Source: Octopus sinensis (lineage: Eukaryota). From it: DNA of 64,000 nt. This document shows positions 51,579 to 64,000 of this stretch, one piece after another. The notes below the pieces were generated by a model. It was not told where the DNA came from, searched no databases, and was given only the letters and a program-made list of their open reading frames with translations. Position 1 is the stretch's first letter. Each line of letters opens with the position of its first letter. The position numbers and the translations under genes are program-made. The stretch is from assembly GCF_006345805.1 (NCBI RefSeq), contig NC_043006.1, positions 41,540,001 to 41,604,000 on the forward strand. The letters are read 5' to 3'.

Positions 51579-52059
51579 TGTATGTATGTATGTATGTATG
51601 TATGTATGTATGTATGTATGAACGTTATCACGCACCTAACATTATTAAACACTTAAATTTTTGTTTATGATAAATATCTACGAGGAATATCTTTATCAGA
51701 CACGTTTATCATCCATTTGTAGCCTTTTCTTTTTTGTTTTGTTTTTTGCTTTCGTTCTCACTACCTAATTTGCCTTTGTCGCTATCTATTTCGCTTTCAC
51801 CATTTGCTAACCAGCCTGCTCATGGACATTAACCTTATTAGATATTTTGCAATAGAACAGAGACGTGACAAATAGAGGAGACATAATGGGGAAATGCTTA
51901 ACTGGAACAGATTAGGAAAGTCATAACATGCATAGGAGACATCGTGGTAAGACCTCGTAGTAAGACCAGAAAAGAAGTTGGGAAGAAAAATTCGTAAACA
52001 TAAATCATTTATGACTAACGTGATTCAAACAAAATAAATTACGTTTTGTGTAAATATTG

Positions 52060-52330
52060 GGGGGAAAAAAACATTGGATAGAAAATGTAGACCTTGTAAT
52101 AAAGACTAGACATCTGTTGTTCTACCCTTGTAGCTAAGATTAGGTATCTGTTGTTGGCATGTATATATGGACCATACAACGGAACATCACGTGTATGCAA
52201 CTTATGCCTAGAAGAAACCTTGGAAATCATTACATCCAGGGAAGTCGCGTTAAATAGGAACTCTAATGTGATCAGATCATGTAAACATAAAAATAAAACA
52301 TCGCTACTGAAGATTGTGCATGAGTGTGTT
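52060..52330 (+). pseudogene. PLE GIY-YIG endonuclease C-terminal relic (Naiad-like)
   Basis: GPYNGTSRVCNLCLEETLEII...LNRNSNVIRSCKHKNK in ORF 52151-52357. Confidence 0.8.
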
Positions 52331-53243
52331 GATAATGACATGTGGTGTGGGTGGTGAGACGTGTTCGGTGGTAGTGTGTGTGGGGACGTGTTCGTAGAGG
52401 GTGTATTGGTGTGTGAAGTGAGTAATGGGCTGATCGTTGTGTATGGGTGTTTGTATAGTGTTGTGTGTGTGGCGAGGGTACCGAGGTAGGCGGTATACAG
52501 GTGTATAAGTGGAGGGGGGCCATTTGGATGTGGCATGTGTGTGGGACTCCGTGTGGGGTTGGTGTCATATAAAGAGAGGTAGCGAGTTGAGCCTATATGA
52601 CGCAAGTGTGTGTGTATTATCCGAAATATATATATATATATTATCCGAAAGGTATAGTGTTAAATATCCATCACGGTTGGTCTCACCAGTCGGTTTGATG
52701 GAAAGAATACAATGAAGTGTTAGGTAACAATCCGATTATATAACCTTACGCTCATAAGCGTTAGCAGATATAGACAGGAATATGGAGACTGCTTTCTATT
52801 GTCGGAGGCGTGTTAGCATAACCGGTTAGCGACAGGCTGTGAAAAGAAGGTGGTACAAGTATGTATGTATGCATATATGTACAAAACTGTATGAGTGTCC
52901 TGTAGATAACTTTTGTAGATAACATATGGATATAACTTTTAAGTCTAATATGTTTCTATGCAAATAGCCAAGTGAAGAATTTCGATCATTATGGGAAGTA
53001 AGACAAAAGCCGTAAAGAATATCATTACGGATATGTATCTGGTCACGAAATCAAAGAAATTTTAAAAATACGGCATTCATGCAAATGTTATACAAAATGT
53101 CATTTTAAGCAAAACAGTTAAAATATAGCTCACTTTCCATGGGAGTAAAAATTGTATTTTTATTTTTATTTATTTTCATTTATTTATATATTTTGGATTG
53201 GTATTACAAAGGCAAAGCAGTCGTATGTGTTATCATGCAATAC

Positions 53244-53318
53244 CTTGTGATCTGGGATATTTGTAATTTCACAACTGCTGCTGCAATATCGGTGACAGCA
53301 ACAGCGATACATGTAACA
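53244..53318 (-). CDS. Candidate minus-strand exon (75 nt)
   Basis: ttgcttttactttctAG acceptor and AAG|gtattg donor. Two frames are open (VTCIAVAVTDIAAAVVKLQISQIT or CYMYRCCCHRYCSSSCEITNIPDHK). Unlinked. Confidence 0.25.
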
Positions 53319-54907
53319 CTAGAAAGTAAAAGCAACCATGGCAGTTGTACACGAAACAACAGATTGATTTAAATGGAAACACAGTAGATGGCAAGAAAAT
53401 TATATATATACAAATATAGAACATGTTCTATTTGATATATGGTGGAACGTTAAAAAAATATGAAGAAATGTAAAGTTTAACTTTATGTTTGGGAACATTG
53501 TAAGGTCAAAAATTATGAAGAACCGCCACTATTCAATTCCGTCTATTTATAAGAGTTATCATGGTAGCAGAGCTCAATTATTATCTTATTCATGTAACGA
53601 AAAAGTAAATCAGAATATTTAAAAGAACGGAAACAAAACTGTGATATATACTGTAAGTTATGCCAAATTACAGATATACCATTTTATTGATACCTATTCT
53701 AGTTCCATTACCTGAGACTTAAATGGTACTCAAAGAAATATATTATAAATCAGTCACTTAGAGAAATCCAATTAACTTTCGATAGTCTAGAATATCAGGA
53801 AAGATAAGGTAGTGTGATTAACAATACTATAGGGACAAACTGCACAGTGTTGAGGACACTAAATATACATAACTTTTTATGAGAACTGCAGTGATCTGAG
53901 AAGACAAGTGGCATTATAGTAAAAAGAAATAAATAAAACTTATGTTGGATTGTTTTAAGAAGTTATATTACGTTAGAGATTGGGTGCCTGATATGGTTAA
54001 GGAAAGGATATACACGAATATATTCCGCCTTCATTTAGCAAAATGACACGAGCAAGATTTTTTTTTTTAATTATTACTTAAAAATGTCTGCAGACGTTAT
54101 TTATAATTATTTTCAGGCTGATGAACTAACTGAATTTCCAGAACGAAGACGAGAGGTCTTCTGTTCACTCGAGCGATTTGATTTTTGGAATGTTTTTTAA
54201 AGTGGTAGACTTAATCTCCTACGAGATTTGACATCATAAACCTATCCTTGGTTAGCTTTAATGAAGTCACTCTGTTGCAATCCTTCGATCAAGGCCTCCA
54301 GCTTTTAGACATCTTCTCACCTACCCTTATGACCCAAACGCCCTGAAAAACATGTGATTAAGGGTACTATCACAGATACTGTCCTATGACACCTCTCAAT
54401 AAGTTATACAAAACCTCCGCACAAACTATATTTCATCTTTCCTTCAAATGATAAGCATGAGTCTAACATATTTGAATCCACCATTTTCATTGATTTCATT
54501 GATTTAAAAGGCTTGCATTTATAATTGACGACAGCATGGTAAGATTGTTTTTATAGAATGTTACCTAGTCTTGTCGAATTTAAATTTTATGCTACTATTA
54601 ACTACACATCTCTATGTTTTAAGTATGGTCATTTTGACGAATTGTGTTAGGGTAAACTCCGAATAAAGGAATCGATGTCTCATCAGGCAGTGGAGTAGAT
54701 CTGTTGGTGTTTCAGTCCTTTCCACCATCACACTATAGCTGTCACCGGCCACCAACCGATATAATCAACAAAACCTCAGCACAATAGGAACTAGGTTGAG
54801 TTAGATATTGCGACTCAGGGACAGATGTTTCTATGTCCTCAATGATCATTCGTGCTGGGCCTCGCATCTTCTCCCTTGAGTCAAGTTCTGTTAATATTCA
54901 TTTGGAG

Positions 54908-55158
54908 TTCTGTTATGTCTGGGGAGAGTCATTCTCTTTTGGTGCCTTATAATTTAACACACTCACCGGTAAAATTTCCACTTATTTCTTTTTTATTTTT
55001 CTAAAGTTTTCGTTGCGTCTAGCAACCTTTTCAACTATTGCACAGGTTGCAAGATGCAACGAAAATTTTAGAAAAAAAAAGTAAGTGGAAATTTTACCTG
55101 TGAGTATGGTAAATTATAAGGTACCAAAAGCGAATGACTCTCCTCAGACAGAACAGAA
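54908..55158. repeat. Inverted repeat, ~120-bp arms, 15-bp spacer
   Basis: ttctgttatgtctggggagagtcattc...tagcaacct / aggttgcaag...gaatgactctcctcagacagaacagaa. Confidence 0.9.
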
Positions 55159-55569
55159 TAGGCTTCAACACACGAACTCACATAAAGAATCTTGCAAACC
55201 AAATCCCAAAACGACATCATTTGGAGTTGTTACATGCAAAAACTCTTACGAGTTATAGTATGGAAATTCAGAATTACTTCGTCTTTAAGAAGTTCTTTGT
55301 AAAGGGCTTGATAACAATTGAAGAGATCGAAAAATAATAAGCTATTACAGTTGGAGATCCGATGCGAAGTTGGACATTATTCCATACTCAGGGAGGATGA
55401 TCGAATACTGAAGGAAAATAAGGGGAGGAAAGAGAAATATATATTTGCCTAAGTGCGTATCTAATTGTCAAATTAACGTTATTTTCAATTTATTTTTATT
55501 TTTTGTCAGCAAGATTTAGCAAAATATATGCAGCAATGTAATACTAATTTTCTGTTAGGCACAAAAACC

Positions 55570-55745
55570 AGAAATGTTGAATGGGGGGATACAACCGACC
55601 TTACTATTTCACTAGTACATTATTTTATCGACCCCGGTGGTGATGAAGGACAAAGAAGTTCCCTGAGATATTTGAATTCAGAATACAAGGAACCGGTGCA
55701 AATACGACAAGGTGTTTGGTCTAACGCTCTGTCAATTCCCCATTT
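55570..55745 (-). mobile_element. SINE family 2 variant
   Basis: tacattattttatcgaccccggtggtgatgaaggacaaag. A reverse copy lies at 57070-57180. Confidence 0.7.
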
Positions 55746-56779
55746 TCGTTTCGATGTAATAACACCAGAAGTGTTCAGTTATTCAAAAGGAGTATTTCGT
55801 GAGTTGCATGCATTGAGAACTGAGAAATACCAGATGTATTGTAATGAAGTACGGAACAGTAATTGTATTTGTATACGAATCGTTAATAACCAAATAAGTT
55901 ACACACGAAATTTATACAGTAATATATCTAGCAATATTAATGCATCTATCCCAATAAATATTCAAGTAAAAACTATTGTCTGGGCAGTTATAAACACTAG
56001 GGGAGTTTTCTATTGTGGCAGCTCATAATTCTACTGCTTCCTTTTTTTTTGTTTGGGAAAGCATTAGTTCTATTAGCCTAAAAGTTATCAGATGTCAGCT
56101 GGAAATACTGTAACGACAAGAGAAGACACGATTGCTACTAATTTTGTCATAAAACTACATATAATTGCAGCATTGTAGCATCAAAACATTAGCAACCAAG
56201 GAACTGGTAGGTCATTATCAATTTAACACCAAGACAAACGCATATGTTCGTGTACATGTTTATGTGCGTGAGTATGTATACGTATGGATGTGTGTACATG
56301 TATATATATAATACATACACAAATAGATGGACATGCACACTCACATATACATATATACATATATATCCACATATTTATACATATATACAATCATTTGCCT
56401 TTAAATATGCATAGACAATATATATACATATATGTGTGTGTGTATGTCTGTGCGTGTATATATGTGTGTGTGTGTGTGTGCTGTTTGTGCGATTGAACAT
56501 GCCTGCGTCTGTACGTGCGTGTAAATGAAGTAGATACTTAATCGGTTTCGATGATATGTAATTCATGAATTATAAAGCGACTGACTGATTTGCCCCTATA
56601 AATTTAAACTGCTGACGTGCCTCCGATCTATCACTGCTCACCTGTTCAGCCAATGTGAATTTGATGGAGAGAGTCACCTATTCTGCGGCAAGAACTTTCG
56701 ATCACCATAAACAAATCATTTGTGCAGGTTGTCCCTCAAAAGCTGCATGCTCATAACGTCGTCTTCGACGGGAGAGTCC

Positions 56780-56877
<98 letters not shown>

Positions 56878-56878
56878 A
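56780..56878. repeat. (TATC)n microsatellite
   Basis: Directly visible. Confidence 0.97.
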
Positions 56879-56884
56879 TCTAAG

Positions 56885-57060
56885 TATATATATATAGTTA
56901 ATCCAAACAAGAAAACACAAAAAAAAACACAGCAACGCGAGGACGTGGAACAAATAAAGTATTATTGGACGCTCAGGAAAGAAGGGAAGGAGGGTTTAAC
57001 GTTTCGAGCGGAGCTCTTCGTCGGAAACAAAGGAGAAGGAAAGATCCCGAGAAGACAGAT
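56885..57060 (-). repeat. Dispersed repeat carrying a hammerhead-like motif (CCGACGA core) at 56992-57030
   Basis: Minus strand: gttt-CCGACGA-a-GAGC-tcc-GCTC-GAAAC-GTT|aaac. Confidence 0.65.
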
Positions 57061-57419
57061 GTTCTTTGTATTCTGAAGTCAAATATCTCAGGGAACTTCT
57101 TTGTCCTTCATCACCACCGGGGTCGATAAAATAATGTACTAGTGAAATAGTAAGGTCGATTGTATCCCCCCATTCAAAATATATATAAAGAGAGAGAGAG
57201 AGAGAGAAAGAGAGAGATGATAATTTTCCAAGATGCCTCCCCCCAGTGGGACTGAACCTGATAAGTATATTTGTGAAGGGCACTTTTTCAGTTCTCGGCC
57301 ATGCATAGTATATATATATGTGTGTGTGTGTGTGTATGTATGTGTGTGTGTGTGTATGTATGTATGTATTTATGTATGTATGTATGTATGTATGGAGTTC
57401 AAATTTTCAGAAAACCTAC

Positions 57420-57545
57420 AACAAAGGCAGGTGTAGGAACAACAAGCAGGTGTATTAGTTTAATGCGCGGGAAGAATGGAAAAGTCTTTTATTTTCGAGC
57501 CTTCGCTCTTCGACTAACACTATTAAGAGGAAAAAGTCGAAGAGA
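57420..57545 (-). repeat. Degenerate copy of the 30890/63465 repeat family
   Basis: Minus strand tagtcgaagagcgaaggctcgaaaataaaagac. Confidence 0.7.
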
Positions 57546-58187
57546 AAATGAAAAAAAAAAAAAAAACCGAGAGAGCAAAAAATGTGCTGAGTTCAACGGC
57601 CCAACATGACGAGATATATAAACACACACACACACCACACACACACACTTGCACACCAGGACAAACATACACTCGTTCATATATTATTGAAGACACAGAT
57701 TCATTTGGGTTTCCTTTTATATATTAAATTAAAGATATTCCGTGTTTCATTACTCGTCCATTAAATTAAGTTTGGAACAGCGTTTTAAAGTTCATTGACA
57801 TGGCACAATGTTCCGTCTTTTCAGCAAAATTACTTGATAATATAGTTTATTGCTTGCGTTTTGCACTAAGTAACAACAGCTCAAGAGAATAATATTGTAG
57901 CAGATAAAATCTATATCACGGAATTTAGACTGCATTTCACACAAGCTGCTATTACATTCGAAATTTATTTTACGCGAGTTGTACAAATACTGACAGTTTT
58001 TATCTGTTGCAATAATACGCCAATAAAGACGTCGGATCCTACTGCAAAGATCCGCGACAGTAACCAGCCAAAAAAATAATTAAATCTTACTGGATTTACA
58101 AATTAGATACTTCAAAATTAAACAATGAATACTAAGTAATAATTAAAAGCGACACACACATATATTTAAACGTATTATACATATGCC

Positions 58188-58255
<68 letters not shown>

Positions 58256-58280
58256 CAGAGAGGGAGGCATGGATAGATAT

Positions 58281-58314
<34 letters not shown>

Positions 58315-58371
58315 TAATAGGCTTCAGATATAGAATCACCCTCAAGCAACAGAGTGGTTTTGTCTCTTAAA

Positions 58372-58416
<45 letters not shown>

Positions 58417-58939
58417 GTGCGTTAGTGTTAGTTCCCGTCTTATTGATTGCTCGTTAACTAATAGTTATTTCTCACATATAGAGTCCAGGTCTCAGTGAAA
58501 TGATTGACTCCTTATCAGTATAACTGATAACTTCGGTTATAGAGTTAAATAATGAGAGACTTCAAACTGAGTTTATCTGTTAGCATTTTTTGTAAATGTT
58601 TTACTTTCAGTTTGTTCGTATGGATATATATGAATGTAGTCCTGCGTGTTGATGTGTGTGTTTATGTGTATTAGAGAGAGAGAGAGAGAGAGGTATTGTG
58701 TTTGTGCATATATATATTTACTTACGTGTATTATTCTTCTCATGTAGGCAGGTTGTCTGGAAATGCTTCGGAAACTTAATCAAGGTCGGGTGCATTAAAT
58801 TTTTAGTTGCTGGTTAGAGACCTAATGCAATCAATGCAAATTATCGATGTTTCATTCAAAGTAAGACTCTTCTACTGATACAGTGATGAACACGTACAAA
58901 TGCACACAAAACAGTCATTGAACCATTTACACACACATG

Positions 58940-59460
58940 TACAAACACACCCACACATACACACACACACACACATGAACAAGTGTACATGTACAAATCA
59001 TACATATACTTATATATCCATACATGTATACAAACACATACACACACACGCATTTATGCATATAAGTATTTGTATCTGTATATGTGTATGTGTGTGTGTA
59101 TATATGTATAATATATATATATATATTATATATATATATATGTATATATATATACATATGTATATATATATGTACGTATAATATGCATATATATATGTAC
59201 GTATATATATGTATACGTATATATATATATGTATATATATACGTATACATATATATATGTATAATGTACGTATATATATATATATATATATATGTAAGTA
59301 TATATATATTTACATATATATGTACGTATATATATATATTACATATATATGTATATATATATATATATGTACTTAAATATATATTTACATATACATACAT
59401 ATATGTGATATATATACCTATATTGATATATATATATATTTATATAAGTGTGTGTGTGTG

Positions 59461-59517
<57 letters not shown>

Positions 59518-59545
59518 GTGTATGTATAAGTATATATATATGTAT
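58940..59545. repeat. CA/TA microsatellite field
   Basis: Directly visible. Confidence 0.92.
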
Positions 59546-60640
59546 GCATTGAATATTCTATTTACAGTGACAGATACCAAATCAATGAATGCCGCTTCAT
59601 CGAAATGGAATGACATATACACGCTGAAAGAATTTGCGTATATATTTATGCATATTGGTATAAGCTTAAATAAATTATCACATAAAATGCAAGTATACAG
59701 AGGGAGGGCGAGACACATAGACAGAAACACACATAAATACTAACACAGAGAAATCTCACAAAGAATCACGTAGACACAAGGTTCCATTGAATTAAAGTGA
59801 AACGGTCTATATATTTTCTTTGAGAGAATAACTAACAGCTACGTTGGGCAGCTTTGGTTGTCTCTGGACGGGTCGCGTCTAAGAGATAATCCCATCGCTA
59901 GGTTCATTGCCAAATATATTGTTGATATCAATACATGGCTAAACGATGTTGTTCGTTCGTCAAAAGTGGAGCCAACCTTCTGCGTTCGACTATTCGTTCA
60001 TTGATTCATTACAGCTATCAGGGAATATCATGATATTAAATGTTTTTCATATGACCGAACGTTATAGAAGTACATTCGTATGTGTGATCATGCCCAACGA
60101 GAGACGCACAAGCAGCAATGCATACATGTGTGTGTGTGTGTGATTAAGATGGACAAGTGCGTTATCAAAGATAACGAAGACATACACATACATGCACGTT
60201 TGATTTCAATCGATGTATATTATGTTTTTATTATGTTTTCTTTTGTCTTTGTTTGACCATAAGGCACGAACAAAGTAAAAGAGAAAGAAATGTTGATCTG
60301 TTATATAAATACTGTGCACATGCAGCTGCACGCAAACACACACGCGCATGCACGTACATGTCTTAATTAAAATGCATTTCTTGCACACTTGTTTTATAAA
60401 AAACATACGCACATATAAACATATCTCTAAAAATAAGTATAACATTATGCGAGCACATGTAGATTCTGAGTGTCTGTGTGTCTGTATGTGAACATATATA
60501 AGCGGGCACATACTCGTATTTCAATTTTGTTTTCGCAGTTTTGAGTAATAATCTTGATGCATAATCATGCTTAATCAGACGTTGCTGCATTATACGAGGT
60601 GGGGGTCATTTTGTTAGTAAAACCACAGTAAATAGTTGTA

Positions 60641-60990
60641 CTTTACTTTGTAAATTTGAGACCCTCTTCCGCCATGACTGACCGTGGGATTGCACCTAGA
60701 AAGTTAGCCTCCCAAGCACAAGTCCGGGCAAGGTTGTTTTATGGATGACCAGCAGTCGCCCATGAATACCAGCCTCCCCTCTCCACGCCACCAGTGTTGT
60801 CCAAGGGAAAGGCAAAGGGGCAAATACAGCTTAGCACCTGTGACGTGGCAACTCATTTCTACAGCTGAGTGAACTGGAGCAACGTGAAATAAAGTGTCTT
60901 GTTCAAGAAAACTACACGCAGCCGGTCGAGATTCGAACTCACAACCTCACGATCGTAAGCTCGACGCTCTAACCACTGAGTTATGCACCT
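60641..60990 (-). mobile_element. tRNA-SINE family 3, near full length
   Basis: Minus-strand head aggtgcataactcagtggttagagcgtcgagcttacgatcgtgaggttgtgagttcgaatc and core ttcttgaacaagacactttatttcacgttgctccagttcactcagctgtagaaatgag. Confidence 0.88.
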
Positions 60991-62245
60991 TCAACCTTGC
61001 AAATTAGTAACATTAAATCGATGCTCTAATAACTCAAACATTTCTCTTGTTTTACGAATGATATCTAGGTTGTTTACTTGATGTTCATAAACTCACCTAG
61101 AAATAATTCTCATCTACTCAACTCAAATTCCAAACCGTGAAAGAAGGAGAACAGATGAGGGTACAGCATCCTTATAGTAGAAAATGGCGAGTGTTCTTCT
61201 TTGATCAAATAACTTCTTTGATCAAAGACTTAGTCAAAGAATAAATTAACTGGAAAATTAATAACAATTAACCTGTTTCCTCGTACTAATAAAACTACAT
61301 TAAATACAAATAACCCTTGGAAAACTATATATATATATATAGACATACATTTGGTTCGTATATACTGATTGACATCATTGACCGTCTTTTAGCATAAAAG
61401 AAAAGCATTCCGTGTTGTGTGAATGTCGCTGCCAAATCTTGACCAATAAGGTTTTTTTTTTTTTATATTTGTTTCAATATTAGTAGCCGCGTTTTCATGT
61501 GTGTGTACCAGTGTTGATTTTGACAATGATTATTGTTTTTTTAATTAATCTTCGGTTTTCTTGTGAATTCTATAAGATACAAAGTGTTTTCATCTTGTAG
61601 TTTCCTATCTAATTTCGTTTTGTGGTATGTAATGTAAGGTTACACAAAATATACATGTTGAAATCACATGGTGAATCTACTTGAGAATGCTGTACTGATC
61701 TGTCCAGTACAACACCCTGTGTGATGAGGTTTACAATGTTCAGGTTTACAGTCAAATTTATAATTTTTTTGGCTCAAATTTATAATTTCTTCTTGGGTTC
61801 AATATTTCTGGCGTGTTAATAAGGAAATTTTTGGATTATAGTGTTTTTAAGTTAATGGATGGGTGACATTCATTTTGTGTTGCGTTTTACGAGGAGTTTT
61901 ATTACATGTTCATCTGCTTGATATTTTGTGCGCATTTGGTTCAGGTAACATATTCTACGTGTGGTTTGTGCATTTCGATTAGCTGTATTTACTGATGTAT
62001 GATATTAACGGTAAAAACAAAAATCTTACACAAATTCAATATAAGAAACGGCAGAAGCGTAAAATATATGCAATTTAATCCCTGATAAAGAAACTATGAA
62101 GGTCCAGAAATGTCGGATATAGATTTGGGAAATCTACTGTACCAAACCAACAGCAAAAACCTTTAAAAAAAAAAACCCTGAAAAATATACGCTATAAAAG
62201 ATGAAACATGTATAAAAGAAAGGCTGTTGCTGACATATACGAATA

Positions 62246-62705
62246 TTGGGTCATCCCATAAATAATGCGGTTTTTATTAAAAGTCAGAGGTCGGGAAGGT
62301 GCGATAAACTACCTGCATCAATTTGCTTTAAAAGCAGGTAGTAATTTTACCTTGTCTTTATTCTTAGTGCATGTTTTGAAGAGTGCAGTCCGATTTTAAC
62401 AGTTATTTTTCAAAGCTATAATGGAAGTGAGAAAGGAGCATATTCGGCATATTTTGCTTTATGAGTTCAAAAAATGCAACAACGCAGCGAAAAGTGCATG
62501 GAATATTAATGCGGTATATGGGGATCGGACAATAAGCGTAAGCCAGTTTCAATGGTGCTTCCAGAAATTCTGAGCCAGAAACTACTGCCTATAAGACGAG
62601 TCTGGTCCTGAAAGAACTGTAGAGCTCGACGAGGACATCCTCCAAACCCTGGTGGAACAAAGTCACATCGTAACCAGCAGAGATCTTAGATTTGTTCATT
62701 TGTTC
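62246..62705 (+). mobile_element. Mariner 5' fragment (TIR plus transposase N-terminus, stops)
   Basis: TA|TTGGGTCATCCCATAAATAATGCGGTTTTT. From 62421 it reads MEVRKEHIRHILLYEFKK...AVYGDRTIS...ELDEDILQTLVEQ. Confidence 0.85.
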
Positions 62706-62714
62706 ACCACACAC

Positions 62715-62750
<36 letters not shown>

Positions 62751-62870
62751 TATATATATATATATTATATATATATTATATATATATCAACAATTGAGGG
62801 TAAAAATAATTAATTAATCCATTTCACCAAGTGTTCAGTATGTAAAAGGACTATTTAAGGCGAATTCAAA

Positions 62871-63091
62871 ATATTACATTATATAATTAGGGCTTAGTAA
62901 AATAAATTACTTTGCCACATACTGAACTTAGTAGAAAATAGCAGCCAAAAAAAAATTTCTTAGCATTCTACTACTTAAAGAAAATTTTCTTTAAGTAGTA
63001 GAAATGCTAAGAAATTTTTTTTGGCTGCTATTTTTACTAAGTTCAGTATTTGGCAAAGTAATTTATTTTACTAAGCCCTAATTATATAATG

Positions 63092-63097
<6 letters not shown>
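62871..63097. repeat. Near-perfect zero-spacer palindrome (~113-bp arms)
   Basis: Centre ...cttaaagaaaa|ttttctttaag... at 62984/62985. Confidence 0.95.
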
Positions 63098-63160
<63 letters not shown>

Positions 63161-63464
63161 CATACATATATATACACTCATACATACATACACACACACA
63201 TACATATAATATGTCAACGAGAGGTAGAAAAGTGCACTAAGCACATTTAGTCGGAGTTACAAAATATAAATCCGTACATTATGTAATTAAGTACATACAA
63301 GCACATCTTTCTCGTAATCACTTTAAATAGCTCTCTCTTTTTTCCTCCTTCCCCTCTTTGCCTCTCTCACTCCCTATGCGTATATATACATCTATCTATC
63401 TCTCACCCTTTCTCTCTTGATACACACACACACACACGCACACACACACATATATATATAATAG

Positions 63465-63600
63465 AAATTTACAAAAGACGAAAACAGGTGTATAGTTTGA
63501 CGCTCGGGGTACTGAGAAAGTCTTTTACGTTTCGAGCCGACGCTCTTCAACAGAAAGAAACATGAGGGAATAAACAGAGAGAGAATAAAAAGAATTTCTA
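63465..63600 (-). repeat. Dispersed repeat with hammerhead-like motif (CUGUUGA core) at 63521-63560
   Basis: Minus strand: tcttt-CTGTTGA-a-GAGC-gtcg-GCTC-GAAAC-GTA|aaaga. Confidence 0.75.
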
Positions 63601-63626
63601 GTTAGCGATGTATACGTATATACTGT

Positions 63627-63890
63627 GGCGGTACATGGCCCAGTGCTAAGAGAGTCGGGCTCACAATCATGAGGTTGTAGTTCGATTCCCGGATTAGGCT
63701 GTGAGTTGTTTTCTGGAGCAAGACTCTTTATTTCATGTTGCTCCAGTTCAGTCAGTTGTAAAAATGAGCCGCAATATCACCACTCCCAACCTGTATTGGC
63801 CGTTGCCTTTCCCCTTGGATGACATCATTAGTATGAATAGGGGTGTGTGATGTGCATGGGTGCCTGCTGATCTTCCGTAAATAAACTTGC
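63627..63890 (+). mobile_element. tRNA-SINE family 3, degenerate
   Basis: ggcggtacatggcccagtgctaagagagtcgggctcacaatcatgaggttgtagttcgattccc head plus the family core. Confidence 0.8.
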
Positions 63891-64000
63891 CCATTATTAT
63901 TTCCAACGTCAAGCAGACGTTAAAACTTTCGCCGAATTTCGCCCCACCCATGCATATATATATATACAAACAAACACATACATATATATATATATATAAT

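Noticed and set aside
20857-63700. tRNA genes at the SINE heads
   Set aside because: The heads lack acceptor-stem pairing and run into SINE bodies, so they are tRNA-derived promoters rather than tRNAs.

Overview
AT-rich, microsatellite-dense eukaryotic nuclear DNA. The repeat families look like octopus or another coleoid cephalopod (inferred from the SINE types, not confirmed). No complete, nameable protein-coding gene is visible, and nearly all ORF-track entries are translated microsatellites. The window is dominated by mobile-element debris. It holds four tRNA-headed SINE families, a near-full-length mellifera-like mariner (31336-32613), mariner and Tc1 relics, and a fully palindromic mariner MITE. 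It also holds a CR1/L2-group LINE 3' half, an R4/Dong-like fragment and several Penelope-like element (PLE) pieces, including a 3 kb head-to-head fold-back of a GIY-YIG endonuclease region. Small + strand candidate exons with phase-compatible splice sites (0.2-2 kb and 7.5-14.5 kb) suggest an unidentified host gene. Three observations stand out. (1) Minimal type I hammerhead ribozyme motifs occur in several repeat families, including a recurrent UUGAAAA (U3-A8 covarying) core. (2) A tRNA-headed SINE carries a hammerhead and has a 12-bp TSD. (3) Five fold-back insertions besides the MITE share one geometry, and SINE-LINE pairs share 3' tails, one with a compensated hairpin. All calls were made by eye; boundaries are approximate unless sequence is quoted.
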